A DNA stretch of 25,649 nt from contig JBDKSP010000040.1 of the NCBI GenBank assembly GCA_039680575.1, positions 1 to 25,649 of the forward strand. Direction: 5' to 3'. The first letter of the stretch is position 1, and each line of letters opens with the position of its first letter. This stretch comes from Armatimonadota bacterium. Lineage in GTDB: Bacteria > Armatimonadota > UBA5829 > DTLH01. Below are positions 16,128 through 24,219 of the stretch, piece by piece. A program made the position numbers and the translations under genes. The notes under the pieces were generated by a model that saw only the letters and a program-made list of their open reading frames with translations, was not told the DNA's origin and did not search any database.

Positions 16128-18002
16128 ATGAACAGTTTTTATCCTATGAACAGGCTGCCGCTCCACGAAAACGCATTCGGAGCTCTTCCCCTTGGCGCAA
16201 TCAAGCCAAAAGGATGGCTTGCGCGCCAGCTCCGCATCCAGGCGGATGGGCTGACCGGCAACCTGCCCAAGTTCTGGCCGGATCTTGGGACCAATAGCGG
16301 CTGGCTGGGCGGAGAAGGAGAGTCATGGGAAAGAGGACCTTATTATCTGGATGGACTCATCCCGACAGCATTTCTTTTAGATGACCCGGAGCTTATAGAG
16401 TCCGCCCAAAAGTGGGTCGACTGGACTCTTGAAAACCAGGCTGAGAACGGCTGGATCGGCGCGAAGAAAAACACCGACTGGTGGCCTGTAGGGGTCATGC
16501 TCAAGGCGCTCACTCAATATGAGGAAGCGACCGGAGACGCGCGGGTTATCCCCGTCATGCAGAAATTCTTCGATTATATGCTCCAAACCCTGGCTGAAAA
16601 GCCGCTGGAGTCTTGGGCGGTCTACAGATGGGCAGATACGGCAATCAGTGTGATCTGGCTCTATAACCGAACGGGAGACGCGAAGCTTCTGGACCTTGCG
16701 AAGCTCCTAATGCGCCAGGGCTACGACTGGGCGAGGAATTTCGTCAGCTTCGAGCACAAAAAACGTTCAAGAGAGATATTTCTGCACACGACCCATGTTG
16801 TAAACAACGCCATGGGGATAAAGACCCCTGGGGTCATGTTCGAGCTGACCGGGGATGACTTCTTCCGTCAGGCTGTGTATAAGGCTATAGAGAACCTGGA
16901 CCTCTATCATGGGCAGGTCACTGGAATATTCACCGGGGATGAGCATCTGGCGGGCAAAAACCCTTCTCAGGGCACCGAACTCTGCGCCGTAGTCGAGTAT
17001 ATGTTCTCTCTTGAGAAATTGATTGAGCTTCTGGGCGATACAAGTTTCGCGGACAGGCTGGAAAAGATCACTTTCAATGCGCTTCCGGCGACATTCAGCC
17101 CGGACATGTGGGCGCATCAGTATGACCAGCAGGCTAACCAGGTACTATGCAAGGTGTCCGACGATAAAATGTGGACGGATAACGGCCCGGACTCCAACAC
17201 ATTCGGGCTGGAACCGAACTTCGGCTGCTGCACCGCCAACATGCACCAGGGCTGGCCTAAATTTGCAAGCCATTTGTGGATGGCTACACCGGATGATGGG
17301 CTTGCGGCAATCGCGTATGCACCGTGTATCGTTACAGCGAAGGTTCGAGGCGGCATAGAGGCGTCTATCGAAGTCGAAACCGATTACCCGTTCCGCGATA
17401 CTATTCAGATGGCTGTCCATGTTCTGCAGCCGTCAGAGTATCCGATCAATTTCCGCATACCTGAGTGGGCTGAGGACGCGGTCATCTCCGTAAACGGCGA
17501 ATCCAAGGCCGCCGTGCCGGGCGAATTTGCATCAATCGAGCGTGTATGGATGGACGGCGATAAGATCGAGATCAAGCTCCCGATGTCTGTCAAAATAGAA
17601 AGACGGTTCAACAATTCCGCGGCGATAACCCGCGGCCCGCTTGTATATTCTCTCAAAATGGGGGAAAAGTGGGTGAAATACAATGGCGAAGAGCCGCATG
17701 CGGACTACGAAGTATATCCTACCGCTCAGTGGAACTATGGTCTGCTGCTCGATACCCAATCGCCGGAAAAATCCGTTAAAATAGTACCGAAACCGATAGG
17801 AGACCCGGTCTTCTCACCCGAAGGCGCACCTGTGGAACTTAAAGTAGAAGGAAAGTTAGTGCCTGAGTGGCAGATGCACCGCGCCGCCGCTGGGACACTG
17901 CCCCAAAGCCCGATAGCTTCGGATGAGCCGGTCGAGGAGCTGACTTTGATCCCCTACGGCTGCACGGACCTTAGAGTAACAGAGTTTCCGGTGATTGAAT
18001 AG
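16128..18002 (+). CDS. GH127/GH146-like beta-L-arabinofuranosidase-type hydrolase
   Basis: 624 aa; IKPKGWLARQL, WERGPYYLDG, HVVN, GDEHL, TELCAVVE, FGCCTANMHQGWPK (Zn/Cys nucleophile site), TDYPF, RIPEW, RGPLVYSL, LIPYG. Confidence 0.88.
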   Translation: MNSFYPMNRLPLHENAFGALPLGAIKPKGWLARQLRIQADGLTGNLPKFWPDLGTNSGWLGGEGESWERGPYYLDGLIPTAFLLDDPELIESAQKWVDWTLENQAENGWIGAKKNTDWWPVGVMLKALTQYEEATGDARVIPVMQKFFDYMLQTLAEKPLESWAVYRWADTAISVIWLYNRTGDAKLLDLAKLLMRQGYDWARNFVSFEHKKRSREIFLHTTHVVNNAMGIKTPGVMFELTGDDFFRQAVYKAIENLDLYHGQVTGIFTGDEHLAGKNPSQGTELCAVVEYMFSLEKLIELLGDTSFADRLEKITFNALPATFSPDMWAHQYDQQANQVLCKVSDDKMWTDNGPDSNTFGLEPNFGCCTANMHQGWPKFASHLWMATPDDGLAAIAYAPCIVTAKVRGGIEASIEVETDYPFRDTIQMAVHVLQPSEYPINFRIPEWAEDAVISVNGESKAAVPGEFASIERVWMDGDKIEIKLPMSVKIERRFNNSAAITRGPLVYSLKMGEKWVKYNGEEPHADYEVYPTAQWNYGLLLDTQSPEKSVKIVPKPIGDPVFSPEGAPVELKVEGKLVPEWQMHRAAAGTLPQSPIASDEPVEELTLIPYGCTDLRVTEFPVIE

Positions 18003-18022
18003 CTGTCAGCCATCAGTATTGA

Positions 18023-18055
18023 TGGTGCGGGGGTTCCAAGCCTCGCACCAGTTTT
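18023..18055 (+). terminator. Rho-independent terminator of the glycoside hydrolase pair
   Basis: TGGTGCGGGG/CCTCGCACCA 10-bp stem (one G-U) followed by GTTTT. Confidence 0.7.
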
Positions 18056-18170
18056 ACGGGCATCCAGCGAGCATAAATGCACGCAGCCCGTTACAGCTCA
18101 TGGGACATGAATGTCCAAGAAACAGGACCTGGGCATGATCCCCAGGTCCATCGAGTCGGGGTTATAGCAG

Positions 18171-19037
18171 TTGAGACGAGTTTGGTTAGTCATTTTCTTA
18201 TTAGCGATAATAATGGGGTCGATGCTTTTGGGTTGTTCACAGACGGACAACGCCAGGACGGCACAGCCGGAGAAAACTGCTCCCCTGCCCCAGCGGATCA
18301 TCTCGCTGACTCCGAGCAATACCGAAATACTCTATGCGCTTGGGCTTGAAGGCCGGGTTGCCGGAATCACCAAATACTGCGACTATCCGCCGGAAACTGC
18401 AAAAAAGACTAAAGTCGGTGAGTCGAGCGTGAGCCTGGAGAAAGTGGTCGCACTGAAACCTGATCTGGTGCTCGCGCACAGTGTTTTAAACGACATTGAA
18501 ATCCGCAGGCTGAAAGCTCTCGGTATAAAAGTGCTTGATACCGACCCGGAAACATTCGCGGAAGTAATCGCCGACATCAGAAAAATCGGCAAGGCGACCG
18601 GAACAAACGAGCAGGCTGAAAAGCTGGCCGGATCGATGGAAAAAGCGATAGACACAGCTAAAAATAAGTCCCACAGAGGGCAGAAGGCTAAAATGCTGGT
18701 AGTCATCCAGGCAAGCCCGCTTTGGGTAGCCGGACCGAAGACATTCGTCGACGAGATGATAAGTTATTCGAATGGCGAAAATATCGCCCGTGACGCTAAA
18801 CCCGGGTTCAACCAGTTCAGCTCGGAGATTGCCTTCGCGCGAAACCCGGACCTGATCATTGTCACGAGGCCGGAGGACAAAACTTACTTCAAAAAAAGCC
18901 CTGTATGGAAAGAGACAAACGCCGTCCGAAGCGGGCATGTCGAGGTTATCGACCCGGACCTGATGCTCAGGCCCGGACCAAGGCTCGTTCAAGGGTTGAA
19001 AGCGCTGTCAACTATCAGCCATTCAGCAGGTCGGTGA
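18171..19037 (+). CDS. ABC transporter substrate-binding lipoprotein, cobalamin/Fe-siderophore (BtuF-like)
   Basis: Lipobox LLGC; RIISLTPSNTEILYALG, YCDYP, SLEKVVALKPDLV, NPDLII, RPGPRL; TTG start. Confidence 0.88.
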   Translation: MRRVWLVIFLLAIIMGSMLLGCSQTDNARTAQPEKTAPLPQRIISLTPSNTEILYALGLEGRVAGITKYCDYPPETAKKTKVGESSVSLEKVVALKPDLVLAHSVLNDIEIRRLKALGIKVLDTDPETFAEVIADIRKIGKATGTNEQAEKLAGSMEKAIDTAKNKSHRGQKAKMLVVIQASPLWVAGPKTFVDEMISYSNGENIARDAKPGFNQFSSEIAFARNPDLIIVTRPEDKTYFKKSPVWKETNAVRSGHVEVIDPDLMLRPGPRLVQGLKALSTISHSAGR

Positions 19038-19482
19038 TCTGGCTTAGGACCGGCAGCACTACATCTATTCCATGCGTGACCGCATCCGGGCTGCCCGGAA
19101 GGTTTACGATCAAAGTTTTGTGCTTCAAGCCGGCTACGCCGCGTGAAAGTATGGAGTTCGAGATGCCCCCGGTACTGCACCTGCGAATTTCTTCGGCAAT
19201 ACCGGGAATGGGACGGTCTATTACCGATAAAGTCGCCTCCGGGGTTATATCACGCCGAGAAAGCCCGGTCCCTCCGGTGGTGATAACAACATCAACGCTG
19301 AAATCTCCGGCAGAACAGTCCCTAAGTACTCTCGCGACGGCTTCAAACTCCCGCTTGACCGCTCTTTCGACGGCGACATCGATCCCTGCGGATGCCAGTT
19401 TCGACGCCACAACCGAGCTGGATGGATCGGTGAACTCTCCGAGCGCACATAGATCGTTTACAGTAATAACCGCAGCTTTCAC
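19015..19482 (-). CDS. MogA/MoaB-family molybdopterin biosynthesis protein (divergent)
   Basis: AAVITV.D, TTGGTGLSRRDITPEAT, LSRGVAG, NLPGSP; GTG start overlapping the upstream stop; convergent 23-bp overlap with the BtuF-like gene. Confidence 0.85.
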   Translation of the reverse strand: MKAAVITVNDLCALGEFTDPSSSVVASKLASAGIDVAVERAVKREFEAVARVLRDCSAGDFSVDVVITTGGTGLSRRDITPEATLSVIDRPIPGIAEEIRRCSTGGISNSILSRGVAGLKHKTLIVNLPGSPDAVTHGIDVVLPVLSQITDLLNG

Positions 19483-20300
19483 TATTTTTCAGCCTCCCAT
19501 TCCTGTCCTGATATCCTGGCGCGCCGCTCGCAGATCTTGAAGAAGCTGCAGCCACCACAAATATTATTCCTTACCGGCGGGATTTCCGTGCCTTCTGTAA
19601 TTACCAGCATTTCGGCTGCCACTTTACGGATCATCTCTTCAAGTTCGAGCAATTCTTCATCGGAAAGCTCCGCTGTGGCTGACCGACCGTTACTGAGACA
19701 TTGTATTGTAGCAACAACGCGCTTCCCGGGATAATTCTTCTTTACCAAAAGTTGATATATACTCATGGCAAGATCGTTTGCGACTTCTTCGTTTGTAACA
19801 TCCCTCCGCCCGGTCTTGTAATCGATGACTTCGAGTGCCCCATCCGAACGCTCGTCCAGCCTGTCGATGCGGCCGACCAGCGCAAAGTCTCCCATGTCAT
19901 ACTTCAACCGGCATTCAGTAAATAGTGTCGTCGATTCAACCGACTTTAGGTTCTCGTAATACTCTTCGAGAATCTTCGCTCCGAACTCGATATATTCTTT
20001 CTCTTCCTCACGGGAATTGTACCCGGCTCCGACCCAGGTATTCTTCATCCGCTCGACGAGCTGCTCCGGGGTCTGTGTCTCATGACCGCCCGCGGCGTGG
20101 AAGTCATTAAGCGCGCGATGGAGCGAGCCACCGAAGCTGTCGCCTATGTTTGGCGAGTAATAATACCGCCCAACGCGGGTTATATAAACCAGCTTGTACA
20201 TAAGCTGGCATCCGAGGTACATCCTGAGCTTCGTCGGGCTGATCTCCGGTTTTCTCGGCTTTCCGACTTTCTTATGTTTTCCCGTCTGCAGTATCGCCAT
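19482..20300 (-). CDS. PD-(D/E)XK nuclease, RecB/AddB/Cas4-like with 4-Cys Fe-S staple
   Basis: ISPTKL..YLGC, G.SLHRAL, GRIDRLD, VIDYKTG, and C-terminal CGGCSFFKIC. Confidence 0.85.
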   Translation of the reverse strand: MAILQTGKHKKVGKPRKPEISPTKLRMYLGCQLMYKLVYITRVGRYYYSPNIGDSFGGSLHRALNDFHAAGGHETQTPEQLVERMKNTWVGAGYNSREEEKEYIEFGAKILEEYYENLKSVESTTLFTECRLKYDMGDFALVGRIDRLDERSDGALEVIDYKTGRRDVTNEEVANDLAMSIYQLLVKKNYPGKRVVATIQCLSNGRSATAELSDEELLELEEMIRKVAAEMLVITEGTEIPPVRNNICGGCSFFKICERRARISGQEWEAEK

Positions 20301-20330
20301 TTTTCTCGCTGTAGAAACTCCAATCGCACT

Positions 20331-20410
20331 ATTTTACCATGACATGGTGAGCCGGACGAATTTTCCGAGCCGGAGCGTCGTTTGACCCTGCGCTGGATTC
20401 GTGGTACTAT
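20331..20410. promoter_or_regulatory. Divergent sigma-70 promoters for the nuclease-mogA and der operons
   Basis: Plus strand TTGACC (20382-87)-N17-TACTAT (20405-10) with TG extension; minus strand TGGTAAAAT (20339-20331) overlapped by the palindrome ACCATG-a-CATGGT (20336-48). Confidence 0.6.
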
Positions 20411-20442
20411 TTTCGCTGTGACAGAACGGGGAAATATTTAGC

Positions 20443-21774
20443 ATGGATAGACCTATAGTAGCTATAGTGGGCAGGCCGAACGTCGGCAAGTCCACATTAT
20501 TCAACAGAATAGTAGGACAGCGGCTTGCGATAGTCGAGGATGTGCCTGGTATCACCAGAGACCGGCTCTACGCCGAAGCAGAGTGGCGCGGCAGGCAATT
20601 CGTCGTCACGGATACAGGCGGCATCCTGTTCAACGAGACCGATCCTCTTACGGTCCAGGTCTCGCAGCAGGCACAACTTGCGATGGACGAAGCGGACATT
20701 ATACTCTTCGTAGTCGATGCAACCGCCGGCATTACGGGGACTGACGAGACACTCGCAGATGAGCTCAGAAAGACCAGTGTCCCGGTAATACTCGTAGCCA
20801 ACAAGGTGGATAACGAGAAACTGGAGCAGGAATCAGTAGAATTCTATCAACTGGGACTTGGTGAGGTGTATCCGGTGTCCTCCGTGCATGGACGGGGGCT
20901 CGCGGAAGCGCTCGATATGGTTATCGACGCTATGAAATTGCCTTCTGAAGAGGAAGCGTTTCCATCCGAGGCGATACGGCTTTCAATAGTCGGCAGGCCG
21001 AATGTCGGCAAGTCGTCCATCGTGAATGCGATTCTGGGTGAAGAGCGGGTCATCGTCTCGAATATACCAGGCACCACCAGAGATGCCATCGATACGATTT
21101 TCAAGCACGGTGGTGAAGACGGCCAGGAGATCGTCCTTATAGACACCGCCGGAATCAGAAGATCCGGGAAGATTCAGGGCTCCGTCGAGTATTATACGGT
21201 CCTTCGCGCAGTAAGAGCGCTCGAGCGGAGCGATGTAGCGATGCTCGTGATCGATGCAGAAGATGGCGTGACCGATGGCGATAAGCGTGTTGGAGGTTAT
21301 ATCCATCAGGCCGGCCGGGGCTGTGTGATAGTCGCTAACAAATGGGACCTGAAGAAAGGCAAGATGAGCTACAAGGAGTTCACAGCCCATGTAAGGAAAG
21401 AAATGGCGTTTCTGGCCTATGCTCCGGTAGTTTTCGTGTCCGCAAAAGAAGGATGGGGGCTTTCCGCTGCTGTCGATACCGCAGTCGAAGTCACCGCCAA
21501 TCACGCGCGGAGAATTCCGACGGGTGAGATAAACCGGATCATACAGGACGCGGTTGATGATAACCCTCTCGCGCGGAAGGGCAAGCAGCTCAAGGTAAAA
21601 TACGCGACAATGCCTGCAGTCAAACCGCCGACTATCATACTTTTTGTCAATGATACCGAGCTTGTGCATTTTTCTTATATCCGTTACCTCGAAAACCAGA
21701 TCCGCAAGGTCTACGGTTATGAAGGGACTCCGATAAGGATCATCCCGCGAAGAGCTGAAAAGGAAAGAGATTAA
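20443..21774 (+). CDS. der: Ribosome biogenesis GTPase Der (EngA)
   Basis: Two GTPase domains (GRPNVGKS x2, DTGG/DTAG, NKVD/NKWD) and a KH-like tail ending GTPIRI. Confidence 0.98.
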   Translation: MDRPIVAIVGRPNVGKSTLFNRIVGQRLAIVEDVPGITRDRLYAEAEWRGRQFVVTDTGGILFNETDPLTVQVSQQAQLAMDEADIILFVVDATAGITGTDETLADELRKTSVPVILVANKVDNEKLEQESVEFYQLGLGEVYPVSSVHGRGLAEALDMVIDAMKLPSEEEAFPSEAIRLSIVGRPNVGKSSIVNAILGEERVIVSNIPGTTRDAIDTIFKHGGEDGQEIVLIDTAGIRRSGKIQGSVEYYTVLRAVRALERSDVAMLVIDAEDGVTDGDKRVGGYIHQAGRGCVIVANKWDLKKGKMSYKEFTAHVRKEMAFLAYAPVVFVSAKEGWGLSAAVDTAVEVTANHARRIPTGEINRIIQDAVDDNPLARKGKQLKVKYATMPAVKPPTIILFVNDTELVHFSYIRYLENQIRKVYGYEGTPIRIIPRRAEKERD

Positions 21775-22392
21775 ATGAAGGAGTTGGTCGTTCTTGCAGT
21801 GTCGTTCCTCTGTGGCTCGCTGCCTATCGGCGTAATAGTCGGCAAGCTGGCCCGAGGAATCGACATTCGAGACTACGGCAGCGGCAACATCGGGGCGACT
21901 AACGTGCTCCGCACGCTTGGTTTGGGTCCGGCCATCGTAGTCTCAGTGGGCGATACGTTGAAAGGGCTTGTCCCGGTGCTTCTGGCCATGCGGCTGATCT
22001 CAGGCAGCAACCAGGCGCTTTTTGTCGTCGCGGCCGGGCTGCTCGCAATTGTAGGGCACAGCGCCTCTCCTTTCCTCAAGTTCAAAGGGGGCAAAGGAGT
22101 CGCTACGAGCCTCGGTATGATTATCGGGATGAACCCTGTCATCGCCACAATAGGCTTCGGTCTATGGGCTTTGATCGTTGCCATCACGAGATACGTTTCG
22201 ATAGCTTCTATCATCACGCCGTTCGCGGTAACCGCTTTGATGTATTTTTCATCCGCTGTCTTCGGCAGAGACGTTCCACGGGAATATATGATCGTCACTC
22301 TCGCGGCTTCCCTGCTGATCCTTTTGCGTCATCGGTCTAATATAAAACGTCTTTTGAAAGGCACTGAACCTAAGATCGGGCAGAAAGCCTGA
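21775..22392 (+). CDS. plsY: Glycerol-3-phosphate acyltransferase PlsY
   Basis: DIRDYGSGNIGATNVLR, DTLKG, GHS.SPFLKFKGGKGVAT, RHRSNIKRL; abuts der. Confidence 0.96.
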   Translation: MKELVVLAVSFLCGSLPIGVIVGKLARGIDIRDYGSGNIGATNVLRTLGLGPAIVVSVGDTLKGLVPVLLAMRLISGSNQALFVVAAGLLAIVGHSASPFLKFKGGKGVATSLGMIIGMNPVIATIGFGLWALIVAITRYVSIASIITPFAVTALMYFSSAVFGRDVPREYMIVTLAASLLILLRHRSNIKRLLKGTEPKIGQKA

Positions 22393-22414
22393 CTTGCAGG
22401 AGAGTGATTGACCT

Positions 22415-22930
22415 ATGGATGGATGTAGTCCCTATGTTAATCTGGCTATGAAAGCGGTCACTGCTTATGTGACATACGGTAAAACAATTACACCCCCGCC
22501 TGATCTGCCTCTGGAATTCCAGGAAAGAGCGGGAGTATTCGTTTCTTTTAAGAAATATGGTGAGCTTCGCGGTTGCATCGGCACAATCGAGCCCGCTCAT
22601 CAGAATATCGCACATGAAATTATAAAAAACGCGATCAACGCTGCTACCCGTGACCCACGGTTTTTAGCCGTGGAGCCGGATGAGTTGAGTCTGCTTACCT
22701 GTTCCGTGGACGTGCTGTCCCCGCCGGAACCGATAGATGATGTGTGCCTTCTTCATCCCGCGAAATACGGCGTAATTGTCCGGTGCGGCAAGCGCCGTGG
22801 GCTGCTTCTTCCCAATCTCGAAGGAGTCGATACAGTCGAAGAACAGATCGACATAGCCTGCAGGAAAGCGATGATCCAACCGAACGAACACATCGACTTA
22901 TACAGGTTCGAAGTAAAGAGATATTACTAA
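22415..22930 (+). CDS. amrA: AMMECR1-domain protein (AmmeMemoRadiSam system protein A)
   Basis: GVFVS, LRGCIGT, AATRDPRF, SVDVLS, RRGLLLP, KA.I; GGAG RBS. Confidence 0.9.
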   Translation: MDGCSPYVNLAMKAVTAYVTYGKTITPPPDLPLEFQERAGVFVSFKKYGELRGCIGTIEPAHQNIAHEIIKNAINAATRDPRFLAVEPDELSLLTCSVDVLSPPEPIDDVCLLHPAKYGVIVRCGKRRGLLLPNLEGVDTVEEQIDIACRKAMIQPNEHIDLYRFEVKRYY

Positions 22931-22934
22931 TTTC

Positions 22935-22999
22935 AATAAAGATGTCATTCTACCCGTATTGTTCGTAGGAAATACGGGCAGAATGACATCCCCTTTATT
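22935..22999. terminator. Long hairpin after the der-plsY-amrA operon, possibly REP-derived
   Basis: GATGTCATTCT-a-CCCGTATT / AATACGGG-c-AGAATGACATC (19 of 20 paired), flanked by AATAAA/TTTATT. Confidence 0.7.
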
Positions 23000-23095
23000 A
23001 ATATTCAAATCAACCGACCACTAGGCTCCAGATTTTCCATCCTCCCACCGATAATTCCTTTGAACAACACCTTGCAAGGGAGGAAACCCAACCAA

Positions 23096-23755
23096 ATGCA
23101 TTGGTTTACGGATGCATTCACATTTCTTTCAAAGGGCGGACCGGTAATGATCCCCCTTATGGCCTGCTCGATCATTTCCGTCGCTGTAGCTATCGAACGT
23201 TTTGTCAAACTTAAGGCGGCTACGGCCGACACTTCCGATCTTGCCCGCCGTACAGAGGACATGCTCTATAACGGTGAATCCGAGCAGGCGGCAACAGCGT
23301 GTGAGGCAAGTGCCGCTCCTGTCGGAGCCGTACTTTCAGCAGGTATCCGCAGCAGGCGTATGGGAATAGAACGGGCTCAGAGAGCTATGGAAGAGCAGGC
23401 TCAGAGAGAGATAGCAGGCTTCCAGGTCAGGCTGGGGATATTGGATACGATTGTAACAATCGCACCTCTTCTGGGACTCCTCGGCACGGTAGTCGGTATG
23501 ATCCGGTCATTCCACGTGATCTCATCCAAAAACGGCATAAGCACACCTACGGCTATTACAGGAGGAGTCGCTGAAGCGCTCATCGCCACCGCGACCGGTC
23601 TGGCTATCGCCATATTTTCGGTAGTTACATACAACTACCTGAACGAGCGTGTAAAGCGCGCAATCGAGATGATGGAGATCCGTGCGACACAGCTTGTCAA
23701 TGTGCTTGCCGATATCGAGGATCAGAGAAATGAAATTAAAACAATTTCAGCCTAA
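23096..23755 (+). CDS. exbB: MotA/TolQ/ExbB proton channel protein
   Basis: GGPVMIPL..CS, LDTIVTIAPLLGLLGTVVGMI, GGVAEALIATATGLAIAI. Start moved to ATG 23096 behind AAGGGAGG. Confidence 0.93.
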   Translation: MHWFTDAFTFLSKGGPVMIPLMACSIISVAVAIERFVKLKAATADTSDLARRTEDMLYNGESEQAATACEASAAPVGAVLSAGIRSRRMGIERAQRAMEEQAQREIAGFQVRLGILDTIVTIAPLLGLLGTVVGMIRSFHVISSKNGISTPTAITGGVAEALIATATGLAIAIFSVVTYNYLNERVKRAIEMMEIRATQLVNVLADIEDQRNEIKTISA

Positions 23756-24143
23756 AAAAGCCCGTATAGAGATCATTCCGATGATCGACACTATCTTCTT
23801 TCTGCTCGTGTTCTTTATGATCGCATCACTTGCAATGACCACGATGAAAGGTATGCCTGTCAATCTGCCAAAATCGTCCAGCGCTCAGGACCGCCCAATG
23901 GTCAAAGTGGTGCTTTCTCTGACCGACAGCGGTAATTACTACGTCGATAAGAAGAAGGTAGATTTCGAAGATATTTATGCGGACCTGAAAGCGAAACTCG
24001 CTGAGAATCCCAAGCTCGTTGTAATAATCAATTGCGACAAGAAGCAATCGTGGGCCAGAGGAATAGAGCTGGCGGACGAGGCAAAACGGGCTGGAGCCCA
24101 ACTTCTGACAATCGCAACAGAGCCCAAACGCAGTCCTGTCTGA
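23730..24143 (+). CDS. exbD: Biopolymer transport protein ExbD/TolR
   Basis: IEIIPMIDTIFFLLVFFMI (essential TM Asp), VNLPKS, IINCDK. Start moved to ATG 23730 behind GAGGA. Confidence 0.93.
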   Translation: MKLKQFQPKKARIEIIPMIDTIFFLLVFFMIASLAMTTMKGMPVNLPKSSSAQDRPMVKVVLSLTDSGNYYVDKKKVDFEDIYADLKAKLAENPKLVVIINCDKKQSWARGIELADEAKRAGAQLLTIATEPKRSPV

Positions 24144-24219
24144 TGGACTGAATCAAATTATTGGTCTGGTCCGGAGTACAAGAAGCCGGCAACTGATTGC
24201 TGCTGGCTGATAGCTTAAA

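Noticed and set aside
18003..18170. Cobalamin or Moco riboswitch, or a tRNA (stem ending in CACCA)
   Set aside because: No B12-box or GCCACTG/GGGAAG core, no Moco motif and no cloverleaf; retained only as an unknown structured region.
19482..20300. cas4 of a CRISPR-Cas locus
   Set aside because: No cas1/cas2 or array in the window, and the context is housekeeping.
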